Shown in pieces: positions 46,735 through 58,749 of a stretch of DNA of 64,000 nt. The notes below the pieces were generated by a model, which had not been told where the DNA came from, made no database searches, and was given only the letters and a program-made list of their open reading frames with translations. The position numbers were made by a program, and so were the translations under genes. This DNA is from Macrostomum lignano. Its lineage: Eukaryota. Location: the NCBI GenBank assembly GCA_002269645.1, contig NIVC01000423.1, forward strand, positions 124,001 through 188,000, read 5' to 3'. Position 1 is the stretch's first letter. Every line of letters begins with the position of its first letter.

Positions 46735-48941
46735 AATTGCAAGCAGCTCTTTTTCGTGACCGTGTAGCGCTTCTCAGGATCGCGAAGTTTACGGCTAAAG
46801 AATGCAATTGGACGTTCGACGCCGTCGGATTGCAGTTGTCCAAGGCAAGCGCCTATTCGAATATCAGAGGCATCCGTGTCGAGGACAAACTTCACAGCAG
46901 GATCAGAATTAAATTCAGGCAGAGCGAGAACTTCAGTAGAACACAATTTCTTCTTCAAAGTGTCGAACGCTAACTGATGCTCGGGAGTCCAATGCTGCCG
47001 CAGGCTGCCAATGTCCTTTCGCGTCAGGGCATGCAGCGGCGCAGCCACTCCAGCGTAGCCGTCGACAAACTTGTGGTAGTAATTGGCGAGGCCTAGGAAT
47101 TGTCTCAGTTGAGTAACGGACTGTGGCACGGGCCAATCACGGATCTGCGCAATCTTGTCCTCACAGGTCTTCAGGCCGTCGGGAGTCACGACGTGACCTA
47201 AATAATGCAGCTCCTTGAGGAACAAATGACACTTCTTCGGTTTCACTTTGAGTTTGGCTGCGATGATGCGCTGGAGTACAGTTCGCAAGTTATCCAGCTG
47301 TTCCTCGAAAGTCACTGAGTGCACCACGATGTCGTCCATGTAGCCAAGCGCAGTCTTTGGCGTCAGGCCGTCCAGGAGCTTATTGATGCAACGCTGAAAG
47401 CTGCCGGGACTATCGTGGAGACCCATCGGTAGAACGTTAAAACAGAATTGGCCGCGGTCGATCACTGAGAATGCCGTCAAGTGCTGGTCGCATTCGCGCA
47501 GCGGGATTTGCCAGAATCCTTGAGCAAGGTCCAAGCTAGAATACCACTGAGCACCACGAAGCTTCGCGAAGGTTTCCTGGATGTGCGGGAGCGGATACGG
47601 GTGATACACACACCTGTCGTTGAGAGCTCTGAAGTCGTGGACTAGTCGGATGTTGCCGTCCTTCTTGGGCACGATGAGCATTGGCGAATTGTAGCTCGAG
47701 TAGGCAGGGCGAATGATGTGCTTCGCCAGCATCTCGTCTAGCAAGGCGTCGAGCTTGTCCTTCAGATGAGGCGGGATTCGGCGTGGTGGTAGCGCAACTG
47801 GTGTCCGGTCCTTCAAGATGATCTCGTGGGTCACCAGGTGAGTCAGGCCGGCGTCTAGCAGGTGCTTGGAGAAGGCCGCTTGACATTCAACTAGTAGATC
47901 TCGCACTCGCTGATGTTGTTCTTTGGACAATTCGCTGTTGATCTCGACTTCATCTAGCCATGCTGTGCTGGACTCTTCAGAGTTCTTCGGGAGGTGTCGC
48001 ACTTCAGGTTCGGGCGTCTCGCTCAAGTACATCAGGTCGGCAGTTCGGAGTGGCGTCGCAACACCAACACGGATACCGGCTTGCAGGAACACCTCGCTGT
48101 CGGCGGTGTTGACGACCTCAATGTAGCCGCGACCTTCAGGCATCGTCATCAGAGCAGGCGCTGCTTCCAGAGCGTTGCAGCTGGGATGCAGCCTCGACTT
48201 AACCAGCTCGACAATTGATGGCGATCCTCGATTCTCGGAATGGCCGTCATCCAATCTGACGGGAAGCAGCGCTGAACTTCTAGGCGGCAGGGTGCACTTC
48301 TCGGAGGTGTACACTCGGCAGGTTTGAAGCTCACGACGCGAATAACGAACAGGGATACACGTGCCATTGTTGAACGTTAGCATTCCTTGAGCGAAGTCCA
48401 AGTTCTGGCAGTGCTCTCGCATAAACGATACGCCAAGCAAATTTTCACAATCGGAGACCGTGACGAGGAATTCGGTGTCCGCGACGACATCACCAAACTC
48501 CACGGGGATGGTCACCTTACAAGCAAGTGGGAGCTGCGTCCCATCATACATAGTTACGCAATCGGGATTAGCATGCAATATAATACAACGAGGCATCCGA
48601 CGTCTAATAGCGGCCCAGGTTGACGAACCAAGAAAGTTTTTCCGGCTGCCGCTGTCTAGCAAGAAAGGGACCTCTCGACTCGCAACTCGACCTGTGACGT
48701 ACGGATCGGCCTCACGCGCATGGATTTTTTGATTCGGGGAGGTGTCCACGAAACCTCCGCACTCCGCGTCACTTACTGACGAGCGACTGTCGGACTGGGC
48801 ATTGGCGCCTGCACAGCCGACATCCTCTTCTTCTGGTGACCTCTCGGAGTCTGCCAAGTAGCCTGGGCTTGGACCTCGCGGAGGGCGGTGCCGTTGTCGC
48901 TCTCCGCCTGGCCGTTTCCCTGGTTCTGGCGCGTCGGGCAC
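46701..48941 (-). CDS. Element B Pol, part 1: protease, reverse transcriptase and RNase H
   Basis: FLLDSGS; LDLAQGFWQ; LPMGL; YMDD; LDTDAS. Confidence 0.97.
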   Translation of the reverse strand: MPDAPEPGKRPGGERQRHRPPRGPSPGYLADSERSPEEEDVGCAGANAQSDSRSSVSDAECGGFVDTSPNQKIHAREADPYVTGRVASREVPFLLDSGSRKNFLGSSTWAAIRRRMPRCIILHANPDCVTMYDGTQLPLACKVTIPVEFGDVVADTEFLVTVSDCENLLGVSFMREHCQNLDFAQGMLTFNNGTCIPVRYSRRELQTCRVYTSEKCTLPPRSSALLPVRLDDGHSENRGSPSIVELVKSRLHPSCNALEAAPALMTMPEGRGYIEVVNTADSEVFLQAGIRVGVATPLRTADLMYLSETPEPEVRHLPKNSEESSTAWLDEVEINSELSKEQHQRVRDLLVECQAAFSKHLLDAGLTHLVTHEIILKDRTPVALPPRRIPPHLKDKLDALLDEMLAKHIIRPAYSSYNSPMLIVPKKDGNIRLVHDFRALNDRCVYHPYPLPHIQETFAKLRGAQWYSSLDLAQGFWQIPLRECDQHLTAFSVIDRGQFCFNVLPMGLHDSPGSFQRCINKLLDGLTPKTALGYMDDIVVHSVTFEEQLDNLRTVLQRIIAAKLKVKPKKCHLFLKELHYLGHVVTPDGLKTCEDKIAQIRDWPVPQSVTQLRQFLGLANYYHKFVDGYAGVAAPLHALTRKDIGSLRQHWTPEHQLAFDTLKKKLCSTEVLALPEFNSDPAVKFVLDTDASDIRIGACLGQLQSDGVERPIAFFSRKLRDPEKRYTVTKKSCLQLWTLCDISVII

Positions 48942-49948
48942 TGGGTGTTGCGATGACCGGGCTGTCCGCAGCTATAGCAGATTATAGCTCTCTTTGGCGG
49001 GCTGGCTACCTGCTGTTGGTCACGCTGCACCAGGTGATCCAGCATTCGCTGCTGCTTCTCAATCAAGTCGGTTAGAGTCAGCAAGGCTTGGGCGGTGACG
49101 TCGGTTTTCGGGTCGCCGTCCTCCTCCCCGTCCAACATCCTAACCGGGGGTTGAGCGGTTCGTTGCGCCAATTCTTTGGCGCCTTCTAGTCGTCGTAGTT
49201 CTCGAATCGCAGCAAGAAGATTGTTCGGGCGAACCCAGTACAGCCGTTCACGCAAGTCTGGCGTCGTCCGGATACCAGCGAGAAATTGATCCGCAATCTC
49301 CTTCTCGCGGTCTTCAGGGTGCATCCGAGGATACGCACGTTCACCCAGAGTTCTCAGGGCGTCAGCAAACTCTTCTGCTGACTCATTCTTGCCTTGTTGA
49401 CGACGCCTCAACAGCTCTCTGTACTCATCAGCACCACCATGACGGGCAAATCGCTCAATCAGACGCTGCTTGACCTCCTCGTAGCTGGCGAAACGCGGAA
49501 GATTCATACTAAGCAAAGAAGGATATGCAGTAGCCAAATCAAGACTCGCGATGAGGTGTTGCTTCATCTCGAACGGGTCGACTATGCGCTCCATCTCGCA
49601 ACGCTGCTCGAACGCGGCAAGCCAGACATGAATGTCCTGACTTGGAGTAAACTTCACAATTTTAACTTGTTTACTCACGGGCCGCTCCATCTGCTGCTGC
49701 AGAGCTGCCATCATGGTCCTCACGTCCTGGTGCGTGATGTTCCGGCCGATGTTGTCCAGGCCTTGCAGAAGCTCGTCTGGCGGGTCGTCGGACACGTCGC
49801 TTCTCGCACCTTGCCTCGGCGTTGGCTGCTGACCAAAGTCGTTGATCGCTGCTGCTGCTGCGGCGGCTTCTGCTGCCGCAGGCCTCGAACTGCTGATGTG
49901 CTGATCCAGCCGGCTGCTGCACCGGCTCTCGTCTCGCTCGTTGAACAT
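48773..49948 (-). CDS. Element B Gag
   Basis: MFNERD start shared with element A; CYSCGQPGHRNTQC zinc knuckle; overlaps pol in the -1 frame at GGGAAAC. Confidence 0.92.
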   Translation of the reverse strand: MFNERDESRCSSRLDQHISSSRPAAAEAAAAAAAINDFGQQPTPRQGARSDVSDDPPDELLQGLDNIGRNITHQDVRTMMAALQQQMERPVSKQVKIVKFTPSQDIHVWLAAFEQRCEMERIVDPFEMKQHLIASLDLATAYPSLLSMNLPRFASYEEVKQRLIERFARHGGADEYRELLRRRQQGKNESAEEFADALRTLGERAYPRMHPEDREKEIADQFLAGIRTTPDLRERLYWVRPNNLLAAIRELRRLEGAKELAQRTAQPPVRMLDGEEDGDPKTDVTAQALLTLTDLIEKQQRMLDHLVQRDQQQVASPPKRAIICYSCGQPGHRNTQCPTRQNQGNGQAESDNGTALREVQAQATWQTPRGHQKKRMSAVQAPMPSPTVARQ

Positions 49949-50040
49949 GTTGAACTCGTCGTAGTCGCTGGCCGATGTCGTTCTCGAAAGAGCGGTTGGC
50001 TTGGGTGTGTCGTAGTCGGATCTCACCGCTGCGTCACCAG

Positions 50041-51023
50041 TGTTGTACCTGTGGTTGTCCTGCTGTACAGCGCAGTGACTTGGGCTCCGTCCTCTCACTT
50101 AGAAGCCTTCTTAACTTTAGTAGCGTAGGTAGTGCTGCCACCAGTTCCTTCAGGTCTCGGCCTTCGGTGAGGTGAGCTTCCCGTCGGAACGAAATAATGA
50201 AGTCAACGAACACAGCACGACGTGCAGATTTGCAGCTCAACGTATAAGGCGTCTCGTCAGCAGCACCTGCCGGGCTTGGATGGTACAGGGAGGGCTGAGT
50301 TAGCCTCTCGTAGACTTGGATTGGTTTGGTCGGGTCTCAGTCGGAGCAATAGGAACAGAATCAATGTGCGCAAAGACTCGGACACTCGGGACTTAGTCAC
50401 ACGCGGACGTAGAACTCGAGGTTGAACAGAAGGAAGACTCCTTGACGGAAACAAGGGGGAGAGGGCTCCTATTTATAGCCGGGAAATTCCCACGCTCCAG
50501 ACCTCGTGACTTGTTCTATTTTTAGAACTGACGTCACTCGAGAGTCTTGGGCAGGGTACAAGCGCGCGGAAGACCTCGTGACTTGTTCTATTTTTAGAAC
50601 TGACGTCACTTGAGGTCCCCGGCCAGAGTACACGCGGCTGTGACTCAGTTGCTATTTTTAGCAACATGAGTCACTCCTCTCCTTAGAGAAGGGAAGGGTC
50701 CGAAAGCACGTGACTCACCCGGTAAACAGGGCCAACGAGTGCAGTAAACATGTTTACTGCACTTTAAGACTCAAAGAACGCAAGAACTGTCATGTGACTT
50801 GCTCACAAGACAGGGAAAACGGGACGGGAGCGAAACAGAGACAGCCCACAGTCGAGAGACTGAGGGCTGAGAACGGAAACGCAACAGGGCGGAAAGGACA
50901 CGGGGGCAACAGGCAAGCGAAAGGAGGGCGGGAAGCTGACCAGCGGCAGACAGCAACCCAAAGGGAGGGCGAGGGAACGGCTGACAAGGGTGACGCCTAG
51001 CCATAAACTAGCGGCTCACTACA
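50041..51023 (-). repeat. 5' LTR of element B
   Basis: Direct repeat of 41275-42329 minus 72 bp. Confidence 0.97.
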
Positions 51024-51194
51024 TTAGTGTTTGATTTTAACTGCATAGTGTGTTGACTCATTAGATCTGATTTTTATACAATTTTACTCAATTGTTTACA
51101 TACTGATTTATCTATGATTGATCAAACTTTTTGAAATTTTCCTTTCTGCAATTTTTCACGTTTAAATGTTTGCAAGATTAGGGATACTACCGTA

Positions 51195-52345
51195 CTACCC
51201 CTGAGTCAGCTACCATTGAGTCTGAACTCTCAGCTACCCCTGAGTCATAACTTCAGCTACCCCTGAGTCAGAATCCTCAGCTACCCCTGAGTCAGAATCT
51301 TCAGCTACCCCTGAGTCAGAATCCTCAGCTACCCCTGAGTCTGAATCCTCAGCTACCCCTGAGTCGGAATCCCAAGCCACCCCTGAGTCGGAATCCTCAA
51401 CTACCACTGAGTGTGAATCCTCAGCTACCCCTGAGTGTGAATCCTCAGCTACCCCTGAATCGGAATCTTCAGCTACCCCTGAGTCGGAGTCCTCAGCTAC
51501 CCCTGAGTCGGAATCTTCAGCTACCCCTGAGTCGGAATCCTCAGCTACCCCTGAGTCTGAATCCTCAGCTACCCCTGAGTCTGAATCTTCAGCTACCCCT
51601 GAGTCTGAATCTTCAGCTACCCCTGAGTCTGAATCCTCAGCTACCCCTGAGTCTGAATCCTCAGCTAACCCTGAGTGTGAATCCTCAGCTACTTCTGAAT
51701 CGGAATCTTCAGCTACCCCTGAGTCGGAGTCCTCAGCTACCCCTGAATCGGAATCTTCAGCTGCCCCTGAGTCGGAGTCCTCAGCTACCCCTTAATCGGA
51801 ATCTTCAGCTACCTCTGAGTCGGAGTCCTCAGCTACCCCTGAGTCGGATTCTTCAGCTACCCCTGAGTGTGAATCCTCAGCTACCCCTGAGTCTGAATCT
51901 TCAGCTACCCCTGCGTGTGAATCCTCAGCTACCCCTGAGTCGGAAACTTCAGCTACCCCAAGTGTGAATCCTCAACTACCACTGAGTATGAATCCTCAGC
52001 TACCCCTGAGTCGGAATCTTCAGCTACCCCTGAGTCGGAATCCTCAGCTACCCCTGAGTCGGAATCCCAAGCTACCCCTGAGTCGGAATCCTCAACTACC
52101 ACTGAGTGTGAATCCTCAGCTACCCCTGAGTCGGAATCCTCAGCTACCCCTGAGTCGGAATCCCAAGCTACCCCTGAGTCGGAATCCCAAGCTACCCCTG
52201 AGTCGGAATCCTCAACTACCACTGAGTGTGAATCCTCAGCTATCCCTGAGTCGGAATCTTCAGCTACCCCTGAGTCGGAATCCTCAGCTACCCCTGAGTC
52301 GGAATCCTCAGCTACCCCTGAGTCTGAATCCTCAGCTACCCTAGT
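51195..52345. repeat. 24-bp minisatellite (gagtcggaatcctcagctacccct) upstream of ALT2
   Basis: About 47 units. Confidence 0.97.
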
Positions 52346-52487
52346 GACTGAGTCCCCAGCTACATTGAATCTCCATCACTATTGTTTCAGTTCAAAGTAG
52401 AAGCCGTTTAATTCGCTCAGCTTCACACTTATCAAAGAAGACAGAAGACATAATTTTTACAAGAAGCAACTCAATTAAAGATTAAAA

Positions 52488-52879
52488 ATGCAGCAAGCGT
52501 CAGGAAAAGTGCTCACCCTTGAGTCGATGAACCCGTGCGTGAAACGACTCGAATACGCCGTTCGCGGACCCATAGTTGCTAGGGCTACTCAACTAGAGAA
52601 GGAATTAAAATCCGGCGCTACTAAGCCATTTTCCGAGGTCATCAGGTGCAACATTGGCGACTGTCACGCTATGGGCCAGAAGCCAATCACCTTTCTGCGC
52701 CAGGTGATTGCTGTGCTCTCCGATCCCAGCCTGATGGACTCTGACCGCTATCCCGCCGATGTCAAGGCCAGGGCTAAGCGGATTCTGGAGGGCTGCGGGG
52801 GTGGCAGCGTGGGCGCCTACAGCGCCTCCTGCGGCGTGCCCGTTATTAGGGAAGACTGCGCCAAGTATATTGAGGCTCG
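52488..52879 (+). CDS. GPT: Alanine aminotransferase paralog 2, exon 1
   Basis: [19 protein letters not shown] and [11 protein letters not shown] motifs; phase-2 donor gtgagg at 52880. Confidence 0.95.
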
Positions 52880-52999
52880 GTGAGGCCTGACTTTTGTTGA
52901 TTGCTGTTTATCTAGGCGTTTCTTTGTTCTTGATTCAAAAGGCGGGACGCATATTCCCAGATCCCAAGGCGATTCCCAAGTTATGATTCTTGTCCCAAA

Positions 53000-53960
53000 T
53001 AAGGATTCTACTCCCAAAAAGGGGTTCTTCTAAATAGGGATTCTCCTCCCAATAGGGACTCTTCTAAATAGGGATTCTCCCAAGTAGGGATTTTTATAAA
53101 TAGGGATTCTTCTCCCAAATAGGGATTCCTCCCAAATGGGGATTCTAATCCCAAATAGGGATTCTTCTAAATAGGGATTCCTCTCCCAAATACGGATTCG
53201 ACTCCCAAATAGGGATTCTTCTTCCAAATAGGGATTCTTCTTCCAAATAGGGATTCTTCTTCCAAATAGGATTCTTCTTCCAAATAGGGATTCTTCTTCC
53301 AAATAGGGATTCTTCTCCCAAATACGGATTCGACTCCCAAATAGGGATTCTTCTTCCAAATAGGGATTCTTCTCCCAAATAGGGATTCTACTCCCAAATA
53401 GGGATTCTTCCAAATAGGGATTCTTCTTCCAAATAGGGATTCTTCTTCCAAATAGGGATTCTTCTTCCAAATAGGGATTCTTCTCCCAAATAGGGATTCT
53501 TCTCCCAAATAGGGATTCTTCTTCCAAATAGGGATTCTTCTTCCAAATAGGGATTCTTCTCCCAAATAGGGATTCTTCTTCCAAAATAGGGATTCTTCTC
53601 CCAAATAGGGATTCTTCCAAATAGGGATTCTTCTTCCAAATAGGGATTCATCTAAATAGGGATTCTCCTCCCAAGTAGGGATTTTTATAAATAGGGATTT
53701 TTCTAAATAGGGATTCTCCTCCCAAGTAGGGATTTTTATAAATAGGGATTCTTCTCCCAAATAGGGATTCCTCCCAAATGGGGATTCTAATCCCAAATAG
53801 GGATTCTTCCAAATAGGGATTCTTCTCCCAAATACGGATTCTAATCCCAAATAGGGATTCTTCTTCCAAATAGGGATTCTTCTTCCAAATAGGGATTCTT
53901 CTTCCAAATAGGGATTCTTCTCCCAAATAGGGATTCTTCCAAATAGGGATTTTTCTTCCA
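53000..53960. repeat. 19-20 bp minisatellite (aaatagggattcttcttcc) in ALT2 intron 1
   Basis: Direct reading; internal block duplications. Confidence 0.95.
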
Positions 53961-54116
53961 AATATCAATTCTACTAAATCTTATCCCAAATACCAAACCC
54001 GTATCATTATCCTAAAATCACCAGCTTAAAAATCCCTGTTTACAATCCTTCAACTTCCCCATCATATCGTTCCCAAATCTACAACTGTGACTAATCCCAA
54101 ATCCTCACTCCTTCAG

Positions 54117-54561
54117 AGACGGCATCCCCGCTAACCCTGAGAACATCTTTCTGACTTCGGGCGCCAGCGAAGCTGTCAAGGCGGTGCTGGAACTTCTGGC
54201 AACTGGACAGGAGGGAGCCGATCAGCCTGGCGTGATGGTCCCCATACCGCAGTATCCTCTGTACTCAGCCAGCATCAGCCAGTACAATCTGCAGACTGTG
54301 CCCTACTACCTGGAAGAATCAGACAATTGGAGTCTGAGCCAGGCTGAGCTGCGCCGAGCCTACGATGAAGCTGTTGGTAAATGCAAGCCTCGCGCTTTGG
54401 TTGTGATTAATCCAGGAAATCCCACTGGCCAGGTACTGCGCAAAGAAATAATCGAAGATGTGATTCGATTTGCCAAGGAGAAGAACTTGTTCATTCTGGC
54501 TGATGAAGTCTATCAGCACAATGTGTACGCGGAGGGGGCCAAGTTTTACAGCTTCAAGCAG
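54117..54561 (+). CDS. GPT: ALT paralog 2, exon 2
   Basis: Acceptor cttcag; RDGIPANPENIFLTSGASEAV...ADEVYQ; donor gtcagt. Confidence 0.95.
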
Positions 54562-54657
54562 GTCAGTTGCTGTTTCTAATACTAAATCTTTAATCCATTG
54601 ACTTCTTGAGCTTGACAGTCTGGTTCCCTAACCTACAATTTCATTCACTCTCTTAGA

Positions 54658-55020
54658 GGGGCCGTAGCCCAGTGGTCTAGCGCCGCGCTCTGATATGCCA
54701 ACTAACGGCCCAGGCTCGATTCCAAGTGCAGTCACATTAATTTGCGGCTAAACTAAATTGGAATCTCGGCTTGGCTCTGCTTGTGCAATTAACGCCCTTC
54801 AGGACCAACCCCCAAGGCACAGTGAAATGTACATGTCTATAACGATAATAAAGTTAGGGTCGCTGTACACTCCTGTGAGTGTGTGCCTGTGCGTATGACT
54901 GAGTACGTATCCGCGCGCTTGTATGCCGGCTCAGGGTCGCCGGTTGTGTGACACAATGTCACTTGAAGTGCGCCAGGGTGCACCACAGATACTAGAATAA
55001 GTAGATGGGCCACTCATCAC
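54658..55020 (+). mobile_element. Probable tRNA-derived SINE in ALT2 intron 2 (3' end approximate)
   Basis: A box tagcccagtgg at 54665-54675 and B box ggctcgattcc at 54713-54723; no clean cloverleaf. Confidence 0.6.
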
Positions 55021-55498
55021 ATTTGCGTGTAAACTACTTTCAGTTCAGTAGTAAGTTATAAACCGAAGCATTTTAATGCATTTTTAAAGCCAAGGCTCAT
55101 TTATTGGTTCTTACCCCCGCTTAAACGCTCCAACCGCGCCTTTCCACACTACCCCCGCCCTGCCCCGCCCTGCCCGCCCCAATTTTTATTGCCTTTCTCG
55201 GAATTCCAGCCTAAAGCTACTATGTACATTTCAGTGGACTGGCCAGTGTACATTATTGCTGAACCAATTAGCAAGTTTGTTTACGCCTGCAAGCTTTTGG
55301 GCTTCTAAACTTATCAAAGTCATTTCAGCCGCCTTTTTTTATTAAATAGCTTATGTATTCTTCTTTGCTACTAAACTGAAAGTAGAAAGCTGTTTTACTA
55401 AGTATATGCCTGAGTGGCCCATCTAGTTATTCTAGTATCTGTGGGGTGCACACAGCCTACTGCCTCTAATGAACACACAATGACACTCTTTACTGTAG

Positions 55499-56024
55499 GT
55501 GCTGCACGGCATGGGCGACGCCTACTTCAAGGAGATGGAGCTGGCCTCGTTCATGTCGGCCAGCAAAGGCTACATGGGCGAGTGCGGCTTCCGCGGTGGC
55601 TACTGCGAGCTGGTCAACATGGACCCGAGGTTCAGGCCATGCTGTACAAGCAGCTCAGCGCCCGCCTGTGCTCCGTGGTCATGGGCCAGGCCATCCTAGA
55701 TGTGATTATGAACCCGCCAAAGCCCGACGAGCCATCATTCGCTGAGCACGAGCGTGAGAAGTCTCAGGTGCTCGGCGACCTGAAGCTGAAAGCTCAAATG
55801 GCCACTGAGACGTTCAACAGCATACCCGGAATGCGCTGCAATCCGGTTCAGGGCGCCATGTACGCTTTTCCCAGCATTGAGCTGCCGCCCAAGCTGATTG
55901 AGGAGGCCAAGGCGAAGGGAATGCAGCCGGATGCGATGTACTGCACCGCACTGCTGGAGGAGAAGGGCGTCTGTGTTGTGCCCGGGTCGGGCTTCGGTCA
56001 GCGACCCGGCACCTACCACTTTAG
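55499..56024 (+). CDS. GPT: ALT paralog 2, exon 3, with a 1-nt deletion at about 55625 (assembly error or pseudogenising mutation)
   Basis: SKGYMGECGFRGGY motif; exon is 526 nt versus 527 nt in paralog 1; frame shifts at ATG GAC CCG AGG. Confidence 0.9.
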
Positions 56025-56360
56025 GTTTGTATATACGAGTATCCTCTGTCTAGATCTGTTAATTTGCACTACTTAACTGATTGCTTTAGTGAATAAATTC
56101 ATCCGATTTGATTGATTCGCTAAAGTAAGTGAAGTTTCAAGTAATGAATCTACGATCGACATTAAAAAACCTCGCCTACCTACAAATTACTAACGCGAGG
56201 TATAATTTTAAAATATAAGACAAAAGTACATCAGTTTTTTTCGAAACCATACATTCGATAAACCGATTGACTCCCATCAGCTCCACGCGTGCAGTGTGGA
56301 CATTTAGTGGGAACAAACCGGAGGGGTAGGATACATCAATTCATTTAACCTAGTATTAAC

Positions 56361-57806
56361 TAGGGAATACAAAATACCGAGTTTTGCCAATCCCGGGATT
56401 CTCTGGATCGTGATATCCCGGACTTTGTCAATCCCGGGATTCTCTGGATCGGGGTATCCCGGACTTCGAAAATCCCGCGATTCTCTTGATCGGGATATCC
56501 CGGACTTCGAAAATCCCGGGATTCTCTGGATCGGGATATCCCGGACTTCGAAAATCCCGGGATTCTCGGGATCGGGATATCCCGGACTTCGAAAATCCCG
56601 CGATTCTCTGGATCGGGATATCCCGGACTTCGAAAATCCCGGGATTCTCTGGATCGGGATATCCCGGACTTCGAAAATCCCGGGATTCTCGGGATCGGGA
56701 TATCCCGGACTTCGAAAATCCCGGGATTCTCTGGATCGGGATATCCCGGACTTCGAAAATCCCGGATTCTCGGGATCGGGATATCCCGGACTTCGAAAAT
56801 CCCGGGATTCTCGGGATCGGGATATCCCGGACTTCGAAAATCCCGGGATTCTCGGGATCGGGATATCCCGGACTTTGCCAATCCCGGGATCCCGAAAAGT
56901 TGGGCCGGGATCCCGGATTAAAAAAGTTTCTAATTTTTGTTGGTGCATTTTTGGTTTACGAAGCCATCTAATCTGATTTTAAATGGCCTTCAGAATTGGA
57001 GTGTGATGTACGGACTGGCATATTAGACGTGCTTTTTTACGACCTATGGCGCGAGGTATTGATACTAGGTTAGAAGGGGATCAGACCTCCACCCTCCCAG
57101 GGGCACCCCCCCCCCCTAGATGGAGAACTGGTAGCTTGGGTTGTGGGCCCATTCCGATAGTAAGGTCCCACTGTTCTAATCCCAGCTATGGCCAATGAGT
57201 TTTGGAGGTAGAGACTGCTTAAAGTACATGTAGTTCTGCCACCACCCCTATGCTGGGCATCTATAAAGGGTTTCTTAGCTAACAGTGCTAAGAATGAGGT
57301 CTTCCGCATAAAGGGGGGCTTCTGATCTGCACAAGGTCGAGACCCCCTAATTTTAGCTGGGTTTGAGATAGAGGGAGAGTTCCAATGAACAACGATTGAC
57401 TCCCGTCTGGCAAGCTATAGCGCTGCGATCGGAAATAATGAAGAATTGGCCTCCCTCTATTGCTTCGGACTCTGTGCATAGGTTTTAGAATAATAGTTAC
57501 ATTAGTCTGCGAGTACCATATGCACACAGTTGCGCGTACATTATTACACCTGAAATCTCCTACGATCTGCCCTGCAGCACTAGCCTTCTCACAAGCCTGC
57601 ATGTTTAAAAGATTATTAAATCATAGCCGGCCAACTGGGTTAGGATTTTCACCTGACATTAGCTCAGCTGCAGATACTACTGCTCGAGATTGAATGATGG
57701 AATTATTGCAAACTGGGCTCGGGATCCCGATAGTCAATCCCGGGATTTTCGAATCCCAGACAAGTGTGATCCCGGGGATTTCGGGATCCCGGGATTGTAT
57801 TCCCTA
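56361..57806. mobile_element. hAT-like TIR element in ALT2 intron 3 containing a 41-bp palindrome-rich array (56385-56900)
   Basis: Perfect 12-bp TIRs tagggaatacaa / ttgtattcccta; subterminal atcccgggat repeats; no TSD found. Confidence 0.65.
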
Positions 57807-58048
57807 AGTGTGAATTCGGGTGGCTGGTCGGGGTTGCAGCGAGACTAGGAGACCAGCTATAAAAATCGATAAGCCCCTCACCGCTTTACTCACCCTGCTT
57901 CCGCAAATCCACACGTACAGACTGTATTTTGACTATAATCAGATAAGTGGCACTCTTGGACTGGTAGTGTTTATCCGTTATGTTAACCGTTTAATCTGCT
58001 ACTTGCCTTATTAAATATCGTGATTTTTTGTCTCATCTCATCCCACAG

Positions 58049-58139
58049 GATGACGATTTTGCCGCCAGTCGAGAAGCTAAAGAATGTGATGCAAATTTTC
58101 AAAGAATTTCACGAGAGCTACGTGAACCGCTACAAATAA
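58049..58139 (+). CDS. GPT: ALT paralog 2, last exon (RMTILPP...RYK*)
   Basis: Acceptor tcccacag; same 91-nt length as the paralog 1 last exon. Confidence 0.93.
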
Positions 58140-58749
58140 TTTGAATCGTAGAGAGATGATTTAATTAACAGAATAATCATTTTTGACCGTGACGTTTTTT
58201 GTGTAAGCTTGTTGTGTCCTGTCATATTGAGTAGTGGACCGCCGCCCCGCAACTTAGTTATTAATTATCAGATTTTGCATAGCTGTACTTTTAACTCCCC
58301 CGATTTAAAATATTTTGAAGTAGAAATATTTAAGAGAATCACAGCTTTCAAGCGCTCATATCTAGACTTTCATCGCATGTTATTTGCTTTTTTAAGTTAT
58401 CTACCATCTACAAGCTATGATTTTTTTCTTTAATCAAGATACGAGCTAAACAAGTTCTACTCTAAGTAGTCTACTATAGAATGTTGCTTGGCATCGCAAT
58501 CGCCTGTTTTTCCATAGTGTTATCCGAGTGAATAATAGTTTTCGTGAACACTTTAGAAGCTTCTTACTTATTATTTAGTCTGTCTTCTATTCAACCTTTT
58601 CTGCACTCTAGCAATTTAATAGCAATTTAAAGTATTAGGCAACAAATTAAAGTAGACGTACGTCCTTCCAACCAAAAAATAGTTTTTTTTCTGAGCAAAT
58701 ATATTTAGACTCAATTTGTTTGTTCTTCTGCTCTTTTCATTTCTGGCAT

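Larger units (their letters stand above)
41275..51023 (-). mobile_element. Ty3/gypsy LTR retrotransposon B, near intact and recent
   Basis: LTRs 41275-42329 and 50041-51023 look identical except one extra 72-bp unit; 4-bp TSD TTAG; PPT after 42329; PBS before 50041. Confidence 0.98.

Noticed and set aside
51413-52344. Ser-Asp repeat protein-like ORF (SDSGVAED) and LPLSRNPQ ORFs
   Set aside because: They are products of the 24-bp array; no unique N- or C-terminal coding context.
54658-54735. Functional tRNA gene
   Set aside because: A and B boxes are present, but acceptor and anticodon stems do not pair cleanly; treated as a SINE head.
28315-58139. Segmental duplication of a [gypsy + ALT] unit
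   Set aside because: The elements have different LTRs and TSDs and B has near-identical LTRs, while ALT introns and flanks are unalignable.
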